A stretch of 64,000 nucleotides of DNA from Octopus vulgaris. Taxonomy: Eukaryota. Made by a program: the position numbers and the translations under genes. The stretch is from the NCBI GenBank assembly GCA_951406725.2, contig OX597823.1:39184001-39248000 (forward strand), read 5' to 3'. The notes beneath the pieces are model-generated. The model worked only from the letters and a program-made list of their open reading frames with translations. It was not told the origin of the DNA and searched no databases. This document shows, one piece after another, positions 39,041 to 53,155 of this stretch (position 1 is its first letter; each line of letters begins with the position of its first letter).

Positions 39041-41609
39041 AAGCTAAGCATGGCTGTGTGGTAAGAAGCTTGCTTCCCAATCAAATGGTTCCAGGTTCAG
39101 TCCCACTGCAAAGCACCTTGGGCAAGTGCCTTCTCCTATAGCTTCAGGCTGACCAAAGCCTTGTGAGAGGATTTGGTAGCCGGAAACTGTCATATGTATG
39201 CATATGTATATTTCTATGTGTCTTTGTACCTGTGCTTGTCACCCCATCCCATCACTGCTTGACAACTAGTGCTAATATGTTTATGTCCTTGTAACTTAGT
39301 GGTTCAGCAAAAGAGACTGATAGAATAAGTACCAGGTTTAAAAAAGATAAGTCCTGGGATTGATTTGTTCTACTAAAACCCTCCAAGGCAGTGCCCCAGC
39401 ATGGCCACAGTCAAATGACTGAAACAATGGGAACAGTGCTCAATATATGAGTGTATATATATATATATATACATATATAATATAAGGGAGCAAAGGTAAA
39501 AATTTAATAGGCAGAACAAAGTTACAAAATGTCTCAAGGGCCAAGAGTCTTGTGTTTGGCACTTACTGACATGCACAAAACTCACAGACCTTGAGGTGCT
39601 ACTGCAACTTTCTGCTAATTAAAAATAAAAAGTAGACACATGCCGCACAACTGCAGGAGAAAAGACTTTACCAATTTTGGCCTTTTGTACCACTTTCTCT
39701 GCTAAAAAAAACAAAAAAATCATTGACTATTTTATAAATGTACAAGATACAGGAAAGGGTGTGTGTGTGTGTTTGTGCAGACATTGGTCTTTTTACATGT
39801 GTGAGAAGAAAAGGAGATACACACACACACACACACACACAGACGCCCCCCTAGTGGCATCTCTTCCCTCCCACATCCACGATACCAACCATGCTCTCCG
39901 GCTTTTCAACTCTTTCTCCTTTCCTCCCGGCTCCTCCAAAATCCTTTTTACTATGGACATCCAAAGCCTCTATACTGTTATCCCTCACCACGAAGGACTG
40001 CAGGCCCTTCGACACTTTCTTGACCTCCGCTCTAACCCTGTACCTGACACCTCCACACTCATTCGTCTGGCCGAACTTGTCCTTACTCTGAACTGCTTCT
40101 CGTTCGCGGGCGAGTTCTACCATCAGGTCTCGGGAGTGGCCATGGGAACGCGAATGGGCCCCAACTATGCGAACCTGTTCGTTGGCTATGTTGAGGCCCA
40201 AATATTCTCTAATTTCACTGGTCCCACTCCTGAACTATATGGTCGTTATATTGACGACATTATCGGTGCCACCTCACTCTCCCGCGAACATCTAGATTCC
40301 TTCCTCTCTTTCATCCAATCTTTCCATCCAGCCCTCCACTTCACTTCCACTATCTCCAACACCTCTGTCTCCTTCCTCGACATTTCGGTTAGCATTCTTC
40401 ACTCCACTCTTACCACCTCCATTCACTACAAACACACAGACTCACACTCATACCTCAACTTCTCTTCCTCCCACCCAGAACACACCAAGCTTTCCATCCC
40501 CTATTCCTCCGTCTACGTAGGCTCTGTAGTGACGACCATGACTTTGAGACTCAGTCTCAACGTATGGCTCACCACTTCACCCTACGTGGATACCCCCTCA
40601 CCACTATCCACACCGCCCTTGCCAGAGCACGGTCCGTGGACCGTGTATCTGCTCTCTCTCCCCGAACCCGCCCTGTAGTCTCCCGCCTCCCTTTTCCCCT
40701 CACTTACCACCCCACGACCCTACGTCTCCAATGCACCATTCTTCGAGCTTTCCGTCATCTCCAGTCCGACCCGTCCACTTCACACCTCTTCCCTAACCGA
40801 CCCCTCCCCTCTTTCAAACGAGCCCACAACCTTCGAGACCTTTTGGTCCATAGCTCCTTCCCTGACCCTACCTCCCAACCCGGCTCGTTCCCCTGCTCCC
40901 GCCCACGTTGCCGCACTTGCCCTTACCTCTCCAACACCACCCGCCTCACTAGCACCCACCATCGACCCTATCCCATCATCCACTCCTTCACCTGCACCTC
41001 CAGCAATATTATCTATTGCATCTCTTGCTCTCTCTGCAATTCCTTGTACATCGGACAAACGGGACGCCGCTTGGCTGACCGGTTCGCGGAACACCTTCGT
41101 GACATCCACCTTGCGAACGACACACCGGTCTCACGCCATTTCCGCTCCACCGGTCACACCTTGCAACACCTATCTGTGTTCGGTTTGTCCTTACACAGAG
41201 GCCATCCGGATTCCCGTTTGCGCCGTGAACAGGAATTAATCTTCTCTCTTCGCTCTTATACGCCATTTGGTCTCAACTCTCCCCCCTCCTCATCTAACCC
41301 CCCTCTCCCCCCTCCTCACCTATCCTTTCTCCCCCGACCCCTACTTCTTCAGTCCTTCATCCTTTCACCCCTACTCCCCTTCCCTTCTTCCCTCTTTCTC
41401 CCTCCCTCTTCCCCTTCCCTCTGCTCCCTCACTCCCTCTCTCCCCCTCTCCCTCTTTCCTCCTTCATCCCTCTCCTCCCCTTCCTTCTCCCCATCCTCTC
41501 CTCTTCCCCCTTCTCCTCCCCCTCTTCTTCCCCTCGCCTTCTCTCCCCCTCTTCTCCTCACTACACCACATGACTTTACACATCACATCACATATGATGT
41601 GCCATACTA

Positions 41610-41940
41610 ATACACACACCAACTAATACATACTAATACGTACTAATACATACCAGTACATACTAATACTTACACCAACCCTATACATACACACGTCCAG
41701 ACCCCGCATACGCACTTATACTCTCTCACACACACACACACACACCTATACATACCAATACGTACTAATACATACTAATACATACTAATACATACACCAA
41801 CCCCATACATACGCACGTCCAGACCAATCTTACGCACTAATACTCTCTCATACACACACACACACACACACACACCCTTATACATACTAATACATACACC
41901 AACCCTATACATACACACATCCAGACCCCTCCCACGCACT
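41610..41940. repeat. Tandem repeats in the Penelope 3' region
   Basis: (CATACTAATA)n and three units of about 100-120 bp containing ACACCAACCCTATACATACACACGTCCAGACC. Confidence 0.8.
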
Positions 41941-42111
41941 TTTAGCTGGTCCCTCAACCCTTTTATCAACCCTATTATCTCCCCTTATTTCGCTCTCGCG
42001 TCTCATGTTTGATCTTTGACCTCTGGCCGAAATCAGATCGCCATGTTGATTTGTTAGCTACTGCACGCATTTTTTTCTCTCCTTCTTTCTGTGTTTTTCT
42101 CTCTCTGTGTA

Positions 42112-42149
42112 TCTTTCTGTTGAAGAGCGTAGGCTCGAAACGTTAAAGA
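42112..42149 (+). ncRNA. Minimal hammerhead motif, A6U core variant, in a Penelope pLTR
   Basis: TCTTT CTGTTGA A GAGC-GTAG-GCTC GAAA CG TT AAAGA. Confidence 0.72.
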
Positions 42150-42256
42150 CTTGTTTTATTTATATTTCCTGAGCGCCATACTAATACAATTGTTCGTTTG
42201 TTTTCCACCTGCCTTCGTCTTTTGTTTATTTTCATAAAGCTTCCCGTTATATCTAT

Positions 42257-42308
<52 letters not shown>

Positions 42309-43097
42309 ATGAAAATGTGATTAGAGGTTTCATATCTGTCCTCTAAACAAATTAAGAGTGTTCACCTGGATTTACTTGGCCAGAAATAAATAAACCACAT
42401 CAAGAACAATAATACATCCTGTTGCTGCTGCTGATAACAATAATAATAATAACAATAATATTGAAAATAATAATAATAATAATAAAGTCAGTATTTTTTA
42501 ATGGTGGTAGTCAAACAACGACAAACCATAGTCCCTTATGGGATAATTTATATATGTATGTGTATAAATGTATACATACATACATATATATATATAAAAT
42601 ATATACACACACATTATTTTATATATGAGCATGTATCTGTATGTATATGAGTGTGAATATATACATATGTGTATGCATGTGCATGTATACACACAGATAT
42701 ACATATATTCACATAATTTATGAAAAAATTACAAAAATATAACTAAAACAAGATCTTAATGATAAAAACATAAATGCAAATATACCGACAACTACACAAG
42801 CTGTTCTAATGGCTGATAAAATAAAATTAACAAGGGTGAAGCAGTTTCTTTGCTCCTTCAATGAATGACTTTTTCCCTTTTTTCTTTCAAGCCAACTTTT
42901 GTTGTTTCTCCTTTAGAGCCCCCACTTTTTATGTCTCTTGTAAATAACTTCCCCAACTAAACAACTCTCAAGTAATTCTGTCCAAAAAAGTTTGAGTAGA
43001 CAATGCAGTACTTATAAAAATTACAGTTTATTCACTCTCTACATCAGGTAGCACCCACTTCACAGTTACTTTTCTTCAAGCAACAGGTATTCTTTAA

Positions 43098-43319
43098 CCC
43101 ATTTCATGCTAACCTGCCTGAGATCATCTCTTGTTTGGGGATACAAATTTTCTATTTGAAAGTGATCTGAATTAAACTTTCCGTCCAATATTTCATGTTA
43201 ATTTTTGTTCTAAACATCAACTTAATAATGACAAGGTTATTTTACTAAATTCTAAATTATTTTCAAAATTAAATGACACAAAGGCAACGTATTCTAACAG
43301 AAAAATGATAACAAAAGGG
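43098..43319. mobile_element. piggyBac-type MITE
   Basis: TTAA|CCC...AAAGGG|TTAA termini. A more degenerate element with similar ends is at about 20173-20398. Confidence 0.65.
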
Positions 43320-44179
43320 TTAAAGTGATCAGGTCACTCAGGGCTCATTCATGAAAATCCTGTACCATTAATGCTCAAGTCATTATAAAATTTGCATTTA
43401 TGAACTTCTTTGCTTATAGATAGGGGTTCTTAATGTGTTATGCCCTCAACTCTCATCCCAGAGTGCAAGAAGATAGTTCAGGAGATACATAAGTATACAA
43501 AATGTTATTTTAAAAGTCTTTTAGTGAGGAGGAAAGGCAATGTCTATGACCTTTGACATTTTGGTGGAAGGGAGAGATCTTGAAACTGCAGACCTGGTCC
43601 TAATTCTTGCAATAGAGTAGACTCAACTAAAAACTCTTACGGTGCCAGGTGATGGTTTTAAACTGGTCCATGAGTCACATATTTAAAATTTACTCATTGT
43701 CAAAGTGTTCGCATGAAGACTACTTATGGAGAGACTGACAAATACAGACACAAATACAGATGCAAAACACATACAAGGACACACACATACTGATACATAC
43801 ACATGCACAAGACTGACTCCCCCCCCAGGCTGTCTGGGGACATTTCTGTCACTCCACACTGCCCAGGAAGCACAACTATATTAAGCTGTCAAATGAGAAG
43901 GTGAGAATACAAAAAAAAAGGAAATCAAGCAATAACCAAAAAGTGGCATACACACACACACACGTATGTGTGTGTATGTGTACACCCTAGCGTGTCTGTG
44001 AAAGTATGTATATATATATATGGATGTATATGCATGTATGTATATACTGTATATATTTGATTTTGATTTTGATTTTTCCAGTTTCAGCTTATGAGCTGTG
44101 GCCATGCTGGGGCACATATATATATATATATATATAATATATATATACATATATATATAGATGTATATGCATGTATGTA

Positions 44180-44231
<52 letters not shown>

Positions 44232-44242
44232 TATATAGATGT

Positions 44243-44297
<55 letters not shown>

Positions 44298-44329
44298 TAT
44301 ATATATGTATGTATATGCATGTACGTATA

Positions 44330-44367
<38 letters not shown>

Positions 44368-44398
44368 TATATAGATGTATATGCATGTACGTATATAA

Positions 44399-44443
<45 letters not shown>

Positions 44444-44956
44444 CATATATATATATATATACATATATATATAGATGTATATGCATGTATGTATATAATG
44501 TGTATATATATATACATACACACACATGAAACAACCACATCCAGTCAGTTTGTCACTATATCATGATAATTAATATATAAAGTATGTAGCTTTCACAAAA
44601 AAACACCAATTTGGAGGGCAAGTTGAGAGAGAGAGAGAGAGAGACGAGTGGAAGTGGTGATGGTGGTAGCTACTGTAATCTTGAATGATAAAGAAACAAT
44701 ATCTCATATGATTTTGCCATGCTTACTTACTTACCAGAGTGAAAAATCAAAAGTAAACAGTTGTTTTCTCTGTCATCCTATGAAATGGAGCGAGGGGAGG
44801 GGAGGAAGACGTGGCAGAGAAGGAGAAAGAGTAATGGGGGAAGGATAATCTATCTATCTATCTGTATTATTACACACACACACACACATACACTGATAGA
44901 TGGATAAGAGAGAGAGAGGGAGTAACAGTGTGTGTATGTATGGTTGTGTGTATGTT

Positions 44957-45058
<102 letters not shown>

Positions 45059-45315
45059 GTATATGTATGTATATATATATATATGTATATATATATGTAT
45101 ATGTATATATATATGTATATATATGTATATATATATATGTATATGTATATATATATATGTATATATATATAGTTATCCGTAATAATGAAGGTGAAATTGC
45201 TGTGTTTTTTACTGAGATCTCCTTTTAGTAGAAGAAATAGCTATAACTCTTTGACTGCTATTTCTAAATTCGGTCTGTGGTAAGGCAATTCGTTGCTAAA
45301 CCCTTTATTGCTTTG

Positions 45316-45348
<33 letters not shown>

Positions 45349-45349
45349 G

Positions 45350-45389
<40 letters not shown>

Positions 45390-45751
45390 AGAGAGTGTAA
45401 GAGAAAGCGATAAATTGGAGAGATATTTGAAAGATCAGAGTAAAAGAGAGAAAAGGAGAGAGAGAGAGAGAGAAACAATTCCAAGTTCCAATCTTATCAG
45501 TGGTGTAGATAAATGAAAGCTGACATCACCCACTAGTCTCCTCCACCCCCACCCCATCCCTGTCTTTTAGTCCCATCCAATTCTCACATGTATCCCCCTC
45601 ATCCCCCACAGCCACTGTTTGTTCAAAGATAACAAGGAGTACATCAATCCCTGGAGTCAGTGAAGGATAGAGACAGGAGACAGATAGAACAGCATCTGAT
45701 AGATGTTATCATTCATCTTTTGGTCTTGGTGCTGGTGCTGTTAGACAAGCG

Positions 45752-45808
<57 letters not shown>

Positions 45809-46354
45809 GGGATAGGGGGAGAGAGAGAGACTCAGATATGCATACATAGCATTGAAAAGTAAAGATAGAGAATGAGTGAAAAGTATACATGTAAATGATA
45901 GAGAGGAAGGGAGAGAGGGGGATAAACACATACATACACACACACGTGTGTGTGTGTGTGCGTGTGTGTGTGTGTGCGTGTGTGTGTGTGCACGTATGTG
46001 GAGAAAGGCTGAGTGAGAGAGAGAGAAACACACACACACATATATGTACACATACATATTGAAAGGGAGACATAGTGAAAGATTTACATGTAAATATAAA
46101 GAGAGAGAGAGAGAGAGGGCGGGAGAGAGAGTGAAATAAGATAAGCAATGAGAGAAGTTGGGGAAACAAATAAGAGAAAAAGAGAAAGACAGGAGGCAGC
46201 AGGGGAACGGGTGGGGGGGCAGGAAGACTGTATGTGTGTGTGTGTAAGTGTGTGTATGTGTGGTGGGTGATAAACGACAGAAACAGTGAGAAGAAAATTA
46301 TTTCAATATTTTCAGAGGTTTCAAAAATACCTGTATATAACACATGCACACAAA

Positions 46355-46396
<42 letters not shown>

Positions 46397-46670
46397 GAAA
46401 TATGCTTGCATTTATGTGCATGAGCATAATTTCATCAGAGAAAAAAAATGATGTACCTTGGGATGTTATGTGTGGACCTATCAATTCATTCCAGCAGACT
46501 CTTCCAGCTGTAAAAACCATGCCAAAACAGATACGGCACCCTAGTGCAGTCTTCTACCTGGCTGGCTCCTGCCAAACTGTCCAATCCATGCCAAGCATGG
46601 AAAATGATTGTTAAATGATTGACCCCAAAAGTTTTTTTCTTTTCTTCTCTCTGTTTATTTCCTTCTGATC

Positions 46671-46706
46671 CTTTCTGTTGAAGAGTGTAGGATCGAAATG
46701 TAAAAG
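46671..46706 (+). ncRNA. Degenerate hammerhead motif (A6U) in a solo pLTR related to the 42112 copy
   Basis: CTTT CTGTTGA A GAGT-GTAG-GATC GAAA TG TA AAAG. The downstream sequence resembles 42150-42240. Confidence 0.62.
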
Positions 46707-46792
46707 ATTTTCTCACCTTCCCAAGCATCAGACTAATACACCTGTTCATTGTTTATACACATGTCTTCATCTTTTCTTTTTCAGTAAATTTT

Positions 46793-46860
<68 letters not shown>

Positions 46861-47213
46861 TGAGTGGATCATTTTCGTTATTTGAGGCATAGTTATAATT
46901 TTGAAGGACTAAATGGCAGTATAGTTGCTTCCTTTTTGTTTATCTATGTGCTAGTTGTTGCTTGTGGTTATGTATGTGTATAAGTGTATGTGTATACATA
47001 TAATTATGTGTGTATGTGCGATTGATCTGTAGATGCGCGTGTGAATATTGGCGTTCCTTGACTAACCAACCGTATAATTTCTTTTGTGATTTAAATTTCA
47101 AACCAATAGCCAATCGAATTAATCTAAATTATCATTACCTAGTGGTCAGTATTTCTTAACTCATAGTTATTTCGATCTTGAAAGGATGGACTTGGTGCAA
47201 ACATAACTGTATC

Positions 47214-47247
<34 letters not shown>

Positions 47248-47584
47248 ATTAATAGTAATTTTTATTAACTTTTATAGCTTCATAATTTTATGAACTGAAC
47301 CATGGTTTTAATTATTATTTTTCATCTCCCTATGTGTTAGTTTTTTAAAAAAAACTATTAGCCAAATATGTATAATATCGGTGCTTATTAATATTAATAT
47401 ATACACTGATATATATTTTGTTTTATTTTGTTCTGTTTACCTTCCATTATTGTACCAATGAGTATTATATTATATAAGTGTAGCATTATGAAGTTTATGT
47501 ATAAGTTTTTATATTTTACATTTTTATATTTTTATATTTATATGTATATGGTTAAATAATCTTTTTCACAATTATAACAAATTT

Positions 47585-47700
47585 AATTCTCTGAAGAGGC
47601 CGTGGGGCATCCTTGTTAATGCCTCATTTATACCTGCCTTTATGGCTTATAGGTTAAATGAGGTATGACTGCCCTCACTGCCGAAACAGCTGTCAGATTT
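47585..47700 (+). ncRNA. Type I hammerhead ribozyme with a canonical core and an 85-nt stem II
   Basis: TCT CTGAAGA GGC..(long hairpin)..GCC GAAA CAGCTG TC AGA. Predicted cleavage after C47694. Confidence 0.8.
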
Positions 47701-47882
47701 GATTTAATTACATATTATATTTGAAATTTTATACTTATATCTCTTTGTCTATTTACTCTTACTGTATATTTTGTATAATGCCTTTACTGATATGTAATGG
47801 TGTATTAAAGTATTGATTGGGTATCATCTGATAGTTGATGTTTTATTGATTTAAGTATGTTTCTCCATTCTCTAATTTTGTA

Positions 47883-47944
<62 letters not shown>

Positions 47945-48213
47945 CACACACACACATATATATGTATATATATATATATATATACACACATATATATATA
48001 TAAATATATATATATATGAATATAAATACACATATTTATACAAATATATATACATTTATATATATATATATATACACACATATATATATGTATATATATA
48101 CATATATATACACGTATTTATATATGTATATATATACATATGCACATATATATGTATATATATATATATACATTTATATATATACATATACACATATATA
48201 TGTATATATATAC

Positions 48214-48250
<37 letters not shown>

Positions 48251-48353
48251 TACACACACATATATGTATGTATATATATATATATACACACACACACATA
48301 TATGTATATACACACAAACATATATGTATATACACACACACACACACACACAT

Positions 48354-48384
<31 letters not shown>

Positions 48385-48388
48385 AATT

Positions 48389-48658
48389 GCAGCATGGAAG
48401 GTGTTTATAAGTCATTTAAAAATACAGAAAAACAGATTCACTTCAGCATTTAAATTTAATCTGTCAAAATATTTACGTCACTTTGTGACCACAACCTATT
48501 CACTGATAAAATTCCATGGTGCATGGCAGTATTTTGTCAGTGAACAGGTTGCAGTCTTAAAGCGACGTAAGTATTTTGAGAAATTAAATTTAAATGTTAA
48601 AGTGAATCTAAGAGATTTTGTGTGTTTTTAAATAACTTATAAACACCTTTCACGCTGC
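48389..48658. mobile_element. Long foldback inverted repeat (arms of about 125 bp)
   Basis: GCAGCATGGAAGGTGTTTATAAG...CACTGATAAAAT pairs with ATTTTGTCAGTG...CTTATAAACACCTTTCACGCTGC. Embedded in (TA)n. Confidence 0.85.
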
Positions 48659-48721
48659 TATAGTGGTTTTTCCAGCACATGATCTCAGATCAGGTCACTT
48701 GCTATACAAGAACATCTCTGT

Positions 48722-48755
<34 letters not shown>

Positions 48756-49059
48756 TAAATATATATACATATATAAATGATCGTGGGTAAGGACAAAACA
48801 ATGTGAAGTAAATGCAAGGTAAATTACAAGAAAACAAATATGTTGGTGGGGAAGAACACTGACACACAATTACATATACACACATATAAATACATATACG
48901 ATGGGCTTATTCCAGTTTCCATCTACCAAATCCACTCACAAGTCTTTGGTTGGTCCAGGGTTATAGTAGAAGACACTTGCCCAAAATACAACGAAGTGGG
49001 ACTGACCCAGGACCATGTGGTTGGTAAGCAAGCTACTTATCACGCCGTCACTCCTTTGC

Positions 49060-49104
<45 letters not shown>

Positions 49105-49466
49105 ATATATATATATACATATATATTTATATGTTATATGTGCATCACGGGCATGGCTGTGTGGTTAGGCAGCTGGCTTCCTAGCTACATGGTTTCGGGT
49201 TCAGTCCCACTGCATGGCACTTTGGGTAGGTGTCTTCTACTATAGCCCCGAGTCGACCGAAGCTTTGTGAATGAATTTGGTAGGCGGAAGTTACTGTGTG
49301 TATGTGTGCGTATAGCTGCTCAGTGCCTCTCTGAAAGAGAGAGAGAGGAGAGAGATGTTTATATGGTATATATATATATATATATATATATGTTTATATG
49401 TATGTATATATATATAACTATATATATATATGTACATATATGCATATATATATATATATATATATA

Positions 49467-49506
<40 letters not shown>

Positions 49507-49518
49507 TATATGCATATA

Positions 49519-49558
<40 letters not shown>

Positions 49559-49591
49559 TATATGCATTATATATATATATATATATATATA

Positions 49592-49647
<56 letters not shown>

Positions 49648-49678
49648 TATATGCATATATATATATATATATATATAT

Positions 49679-50050
49679 GGAAGCGCAATGGCCCAGTGGT
49701 TAGGGCAGCGGACTTGCGGTCATAGGATCGCGGTTTTGATTCCCAGACCGGGCGTTGTGAGTGTTTATTGAGCGAAAACACCTAAAAGTCTCCGGCAGGG
49801 ATGGTGGTGATCCCTGCTGTACTCTTTCACCACAACTTTCTCTCACTCTTACTTCCTGTTTCTGTTGTACCTGTATTTCAAAGGGCCGGCCTTGTCACTC
49901 TCTGTGTCACGCTGAATATCCCCGAGAACTACGTTAAGGGTACACGTGTCTGTGGAGTGCTCAGCCACTTACACGTTAATTTCACGAGCAGGCTGTTCCG
50001 TTGATTCTGATCAACCAGAACCCTCGTCGTCATAACCGACGGAGTGCTTC
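49679..50050 (+). mobile_element. tRNA-derived SINE family C, CpG-rich (probably young) copy
   Basis: A box TGGCCCAGTGG and B-box-like GGTTTTGATTCCC. The body is shared with about 25785-26095 (+) and 11930-12140 (-). Inserted in (TA)n. Confidence 0.8.
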
Positions 50051-50080
50051 CATATATATATATATGTATATGTACATATA

Positions 50081-50120
<40 letters not shown>

Positions 50121-50147
50121 CACACACGCACATATATATACATATGC

Positions 50148-50178
<31 letters not shown>

Positions 50179-50597
50179 AACATATATACATGTATATATA
50201 TTTATATTCTTTTATTCTTTCTTTCATTCTTATCAGTCATTTGACTGCGGCCATGATCACCACCTTTCGTCAAACAAATCAGCCCAGGACTTATTCTTTG
50301 TACGCGTAATACTTATTCTATCGGTCTCTTTTGCCAAACCACTAAGTCATATGGACATAAATGCACCACCATCAGTTGTCAAGTGATGGTGGGAGTAGAA
50401 GTATAGTCATACAAACAAACATATACATATGTATATATACAGACTTCTTTCAATTTCTGCCTAGCAAGTTCTCTCACAAAGCTTTGGTCATCCTGAGGCT
50501 ACAGTAGAAGATACTTGCCCAAGTTGCCATGCAGTAGGGCTGAACTAGAACGATGTGCTTTGGAAGTAAGCTTCTTACCACACAGCCATGCTGTACC

Positions 50598-50683
<86 letters not shown>

Positions 50684-50829
50684 TATACATTTGTTTTTCT
50701 CTAAATTCCAGACCAAAGACTGCAGATATGCTGCGGCACTGCCAGTAACTTTGCTACATTTCCACTAAACCTCCTCTGATATGTGACATTTGATGGACGA
50801 GGGTGTTTGATGTTGCTGTCGTCATGTGT

Positions 50830-51232
50830 TTCTTGCAGGTCTCTCAGGCTTTGTGGGAGGATATTGAAGAGCAGTGGGCCTTTGAAGCCCAGTCTGTTGC
50901 AGTATCTGGTCCTGCATCCTGATAGTAATGTTGGGACCTTTGGTACAATGCAGTAGCACCCTATCCTGCTGTTTGTGTAAGTGACAATGCAAAAGTTTGG
51001 AACATGCTTTTCTAGGATTTTCAAGATGTATATTATTGCATATCTTTCCCATCTTTGCTCTAAGTAGCAGAGTCTTAACTCTTTCTTTCTCTCCCAGTAG
51101 CTGATATTTTGCATTGTATCAATCTTCCTTGTGTAGCTTTGCAGTATTGCCTCAAGTTCCATTGTTAATTTTACACTGCCTGGTAACCACAGGTGGGAGC
51201 AATAATCCAGACAGCTGATAATGAAAGTCTTT
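50830..51232 (-). mobile_element. CR1/L2-group LINE ORF2 C-terminal fragment
   Basis: ELEAILQSYTRKI..ISYWERKKELRLCYLEQRWERYAIIYILKILE...GPLLFNILPQSLRDL. Confidence 0.8.
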
Positions 51233-51255
51233 GATAGGAGGACTTATATATATAT

Positions 51256-51423
51256 GAAAATTCAACAAAACCTGTTACTCTGAGTTTCACATTCCCGTTC
51301 GTGAAACTCAGAGTAACAAGTTTTGTTGAATTTTCTGCTGCTTTAAATAAAGCATATTACTCTACCACTGGTATTTGAGTACTCTTTTTTCCACCTTGTT
51401 TCACATTTATGTGTTTACTCTGG
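51256..51423. mobile_element. Inverted Penelope pLTR fragment (35-bp arms, 10-nt loop) containing hammerhead halves
   Basis: Arms 51256-51290 and 51301-51335 with 1 mismatch. 51301-51423 is homologous to 38263-38385. Confidence 0.75.
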
Positions 51424-51550
51424 TATATATATATATAAATAAACATATATAAATAATACATACACACACACACACACACACATATATAAAAGAAGAAAAA
51501 GAAAATGGAGATTAGGAATTGCTTATTATTAACAGCAAATTAATCATCAT

Positions 51551-51623
51551 CCCTTACAGCTGTTTCAATTATTATTAAGTAAATATTAAATTTATATAAC
51601 CTGAACATAATATCTTCAGAGGG
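51551..51623 (-). ncRNA. Type I hammerhead motif with a canonical core, inside an inverted-end pLTR (51486-51824)
   Basis: Minus strand: CCCT CTGAAGA TATTATG...ATAATAATT GAAA CAGCTG TA AGGG. The element ends ATAAAAGAAGAAAAAGAAAATGGAGA and TCTCCATTTTCTTTTTCTTCTTTTAT are inverted copies. Confidence 0.7.
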
Positions 51624-52840
51624 TAAAAGATATACCTTCGGATGTTTTATATGTGTTTATTGTTTCCTTATAACAGACTGAATGATACGGTTTATATAAT
51701 TATAGTTTATACAATTATAGTCTGCTATAATAAATCCATAAAAACAAATTTGTTATTTAATTAATATTAACTTCCCAGTCTCCATTTTCTTTTTCTTCTT
51801 TTATAGGAATATAAACTATATGTTTATATATATATACCTAATATTTTAAGGAAAGGAATTCCCCCAAATTACTAGGTATTGAACCAATATTTCCTTGGAT
51901 AACCTCTAATTGAAGTATATATATATATATATATACATGTATATATATAAATACATATATACATACATACATGTGTATATATATATAAAATATATGTATA
52001 CATACATGTATATATATATATGATCTTTTTAGTCTTTCATTTTTCTCACTTTTTCTCTCTCTTATTCTTTTACCTCCTCTCCTCTTCTCCCACTATTCTA
52101 TCTTATTACTCTGTCACTCTCTCTCCCTCACTCCTCCTCCCTTGCTCACGTGGATCCCACGTGACTATCGGCCATCTTTCTTTCTTTCTCACCATTGTAG
52201 CTGGAACAAGGAAGATGTTGTTCTTGTTTATCTCCTGTCCTAGCTTGATTTACACGTTTGCCATCACAACCTCATTTAGGCATAGCAGCCCTTCCTGTTT
52301 GTTTTCACTGTCCTGTTTGTGTTACCAATTTTGACCCTCCTCAAAATCCCAAATTTTATTTAATTTGGTTTGCAGGAGCAACTGTTTTATTGAAAGCGTG
52401 TAGTATTGTTAAATGCTCGAAATACGAGACTAGAAAAATAGCCAACAACTGAGGAAGGGTCATTCTTTATGTTGTTTGTTTTCTTTTCCATTTGTGTCTT
52501 CCGTTGTTCGAAAGAATAGTTCATGTTCCATGTACTCATGCTTTGTATTTTTTTTTGTACAAAATTCGTGACGTCCTGTACACACATATGCATATATATA
52601 TATACATACTGATGTAAGTATGTACATATACGTATGTATATATGCATATATGCAAATATATATATATATATATATTGGTGTTAGGAAGGGCATCCAGCCG
52701 TAGAAACACTGCCAGATCAGACTGGGCCTGATGCAGCCTTCTGGCTTCACAGACCCCAGTTGAACCGTCCAACCCATGTTAGCATGGAAAGCAGACACTA
52801 AATGATGATGATGATGATATATATATATAATATATATATA

Positions 52841-52907
<67 letters not shown>

Positions 52908-52925
52908 ATATAAATATATATACAT

Positions 52926-53155
<230 letters not shown>

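Larger units (their letters stand above)
39842..42250 (+). mobile_element. 5'-truncated Penelope-like retroelement (RT + GIY-YIG) with one frameshift and a 3' pLTR
   Basis: LFTMDIQSLYTVIPH, GVAMGTRMGPNYANLFVG, GRYIDDI, SFLDISV. Frameshift at about 40507 (expected PYSQFLRLRRLCS), then CSRPRCRTC, IYCISCSLCNSLYIGQTGRRLADRFAEH, PVSRHF, REQELI, PFGLN. Confidence 0.94.

Noticed and set aside
49679-49755. tRNA-like sequence (also 10935-11005)
   Set aside because: No clean cloverleaf or acceptor stem, and it continues into a repeated body; SINE head, not a tRNA gene.
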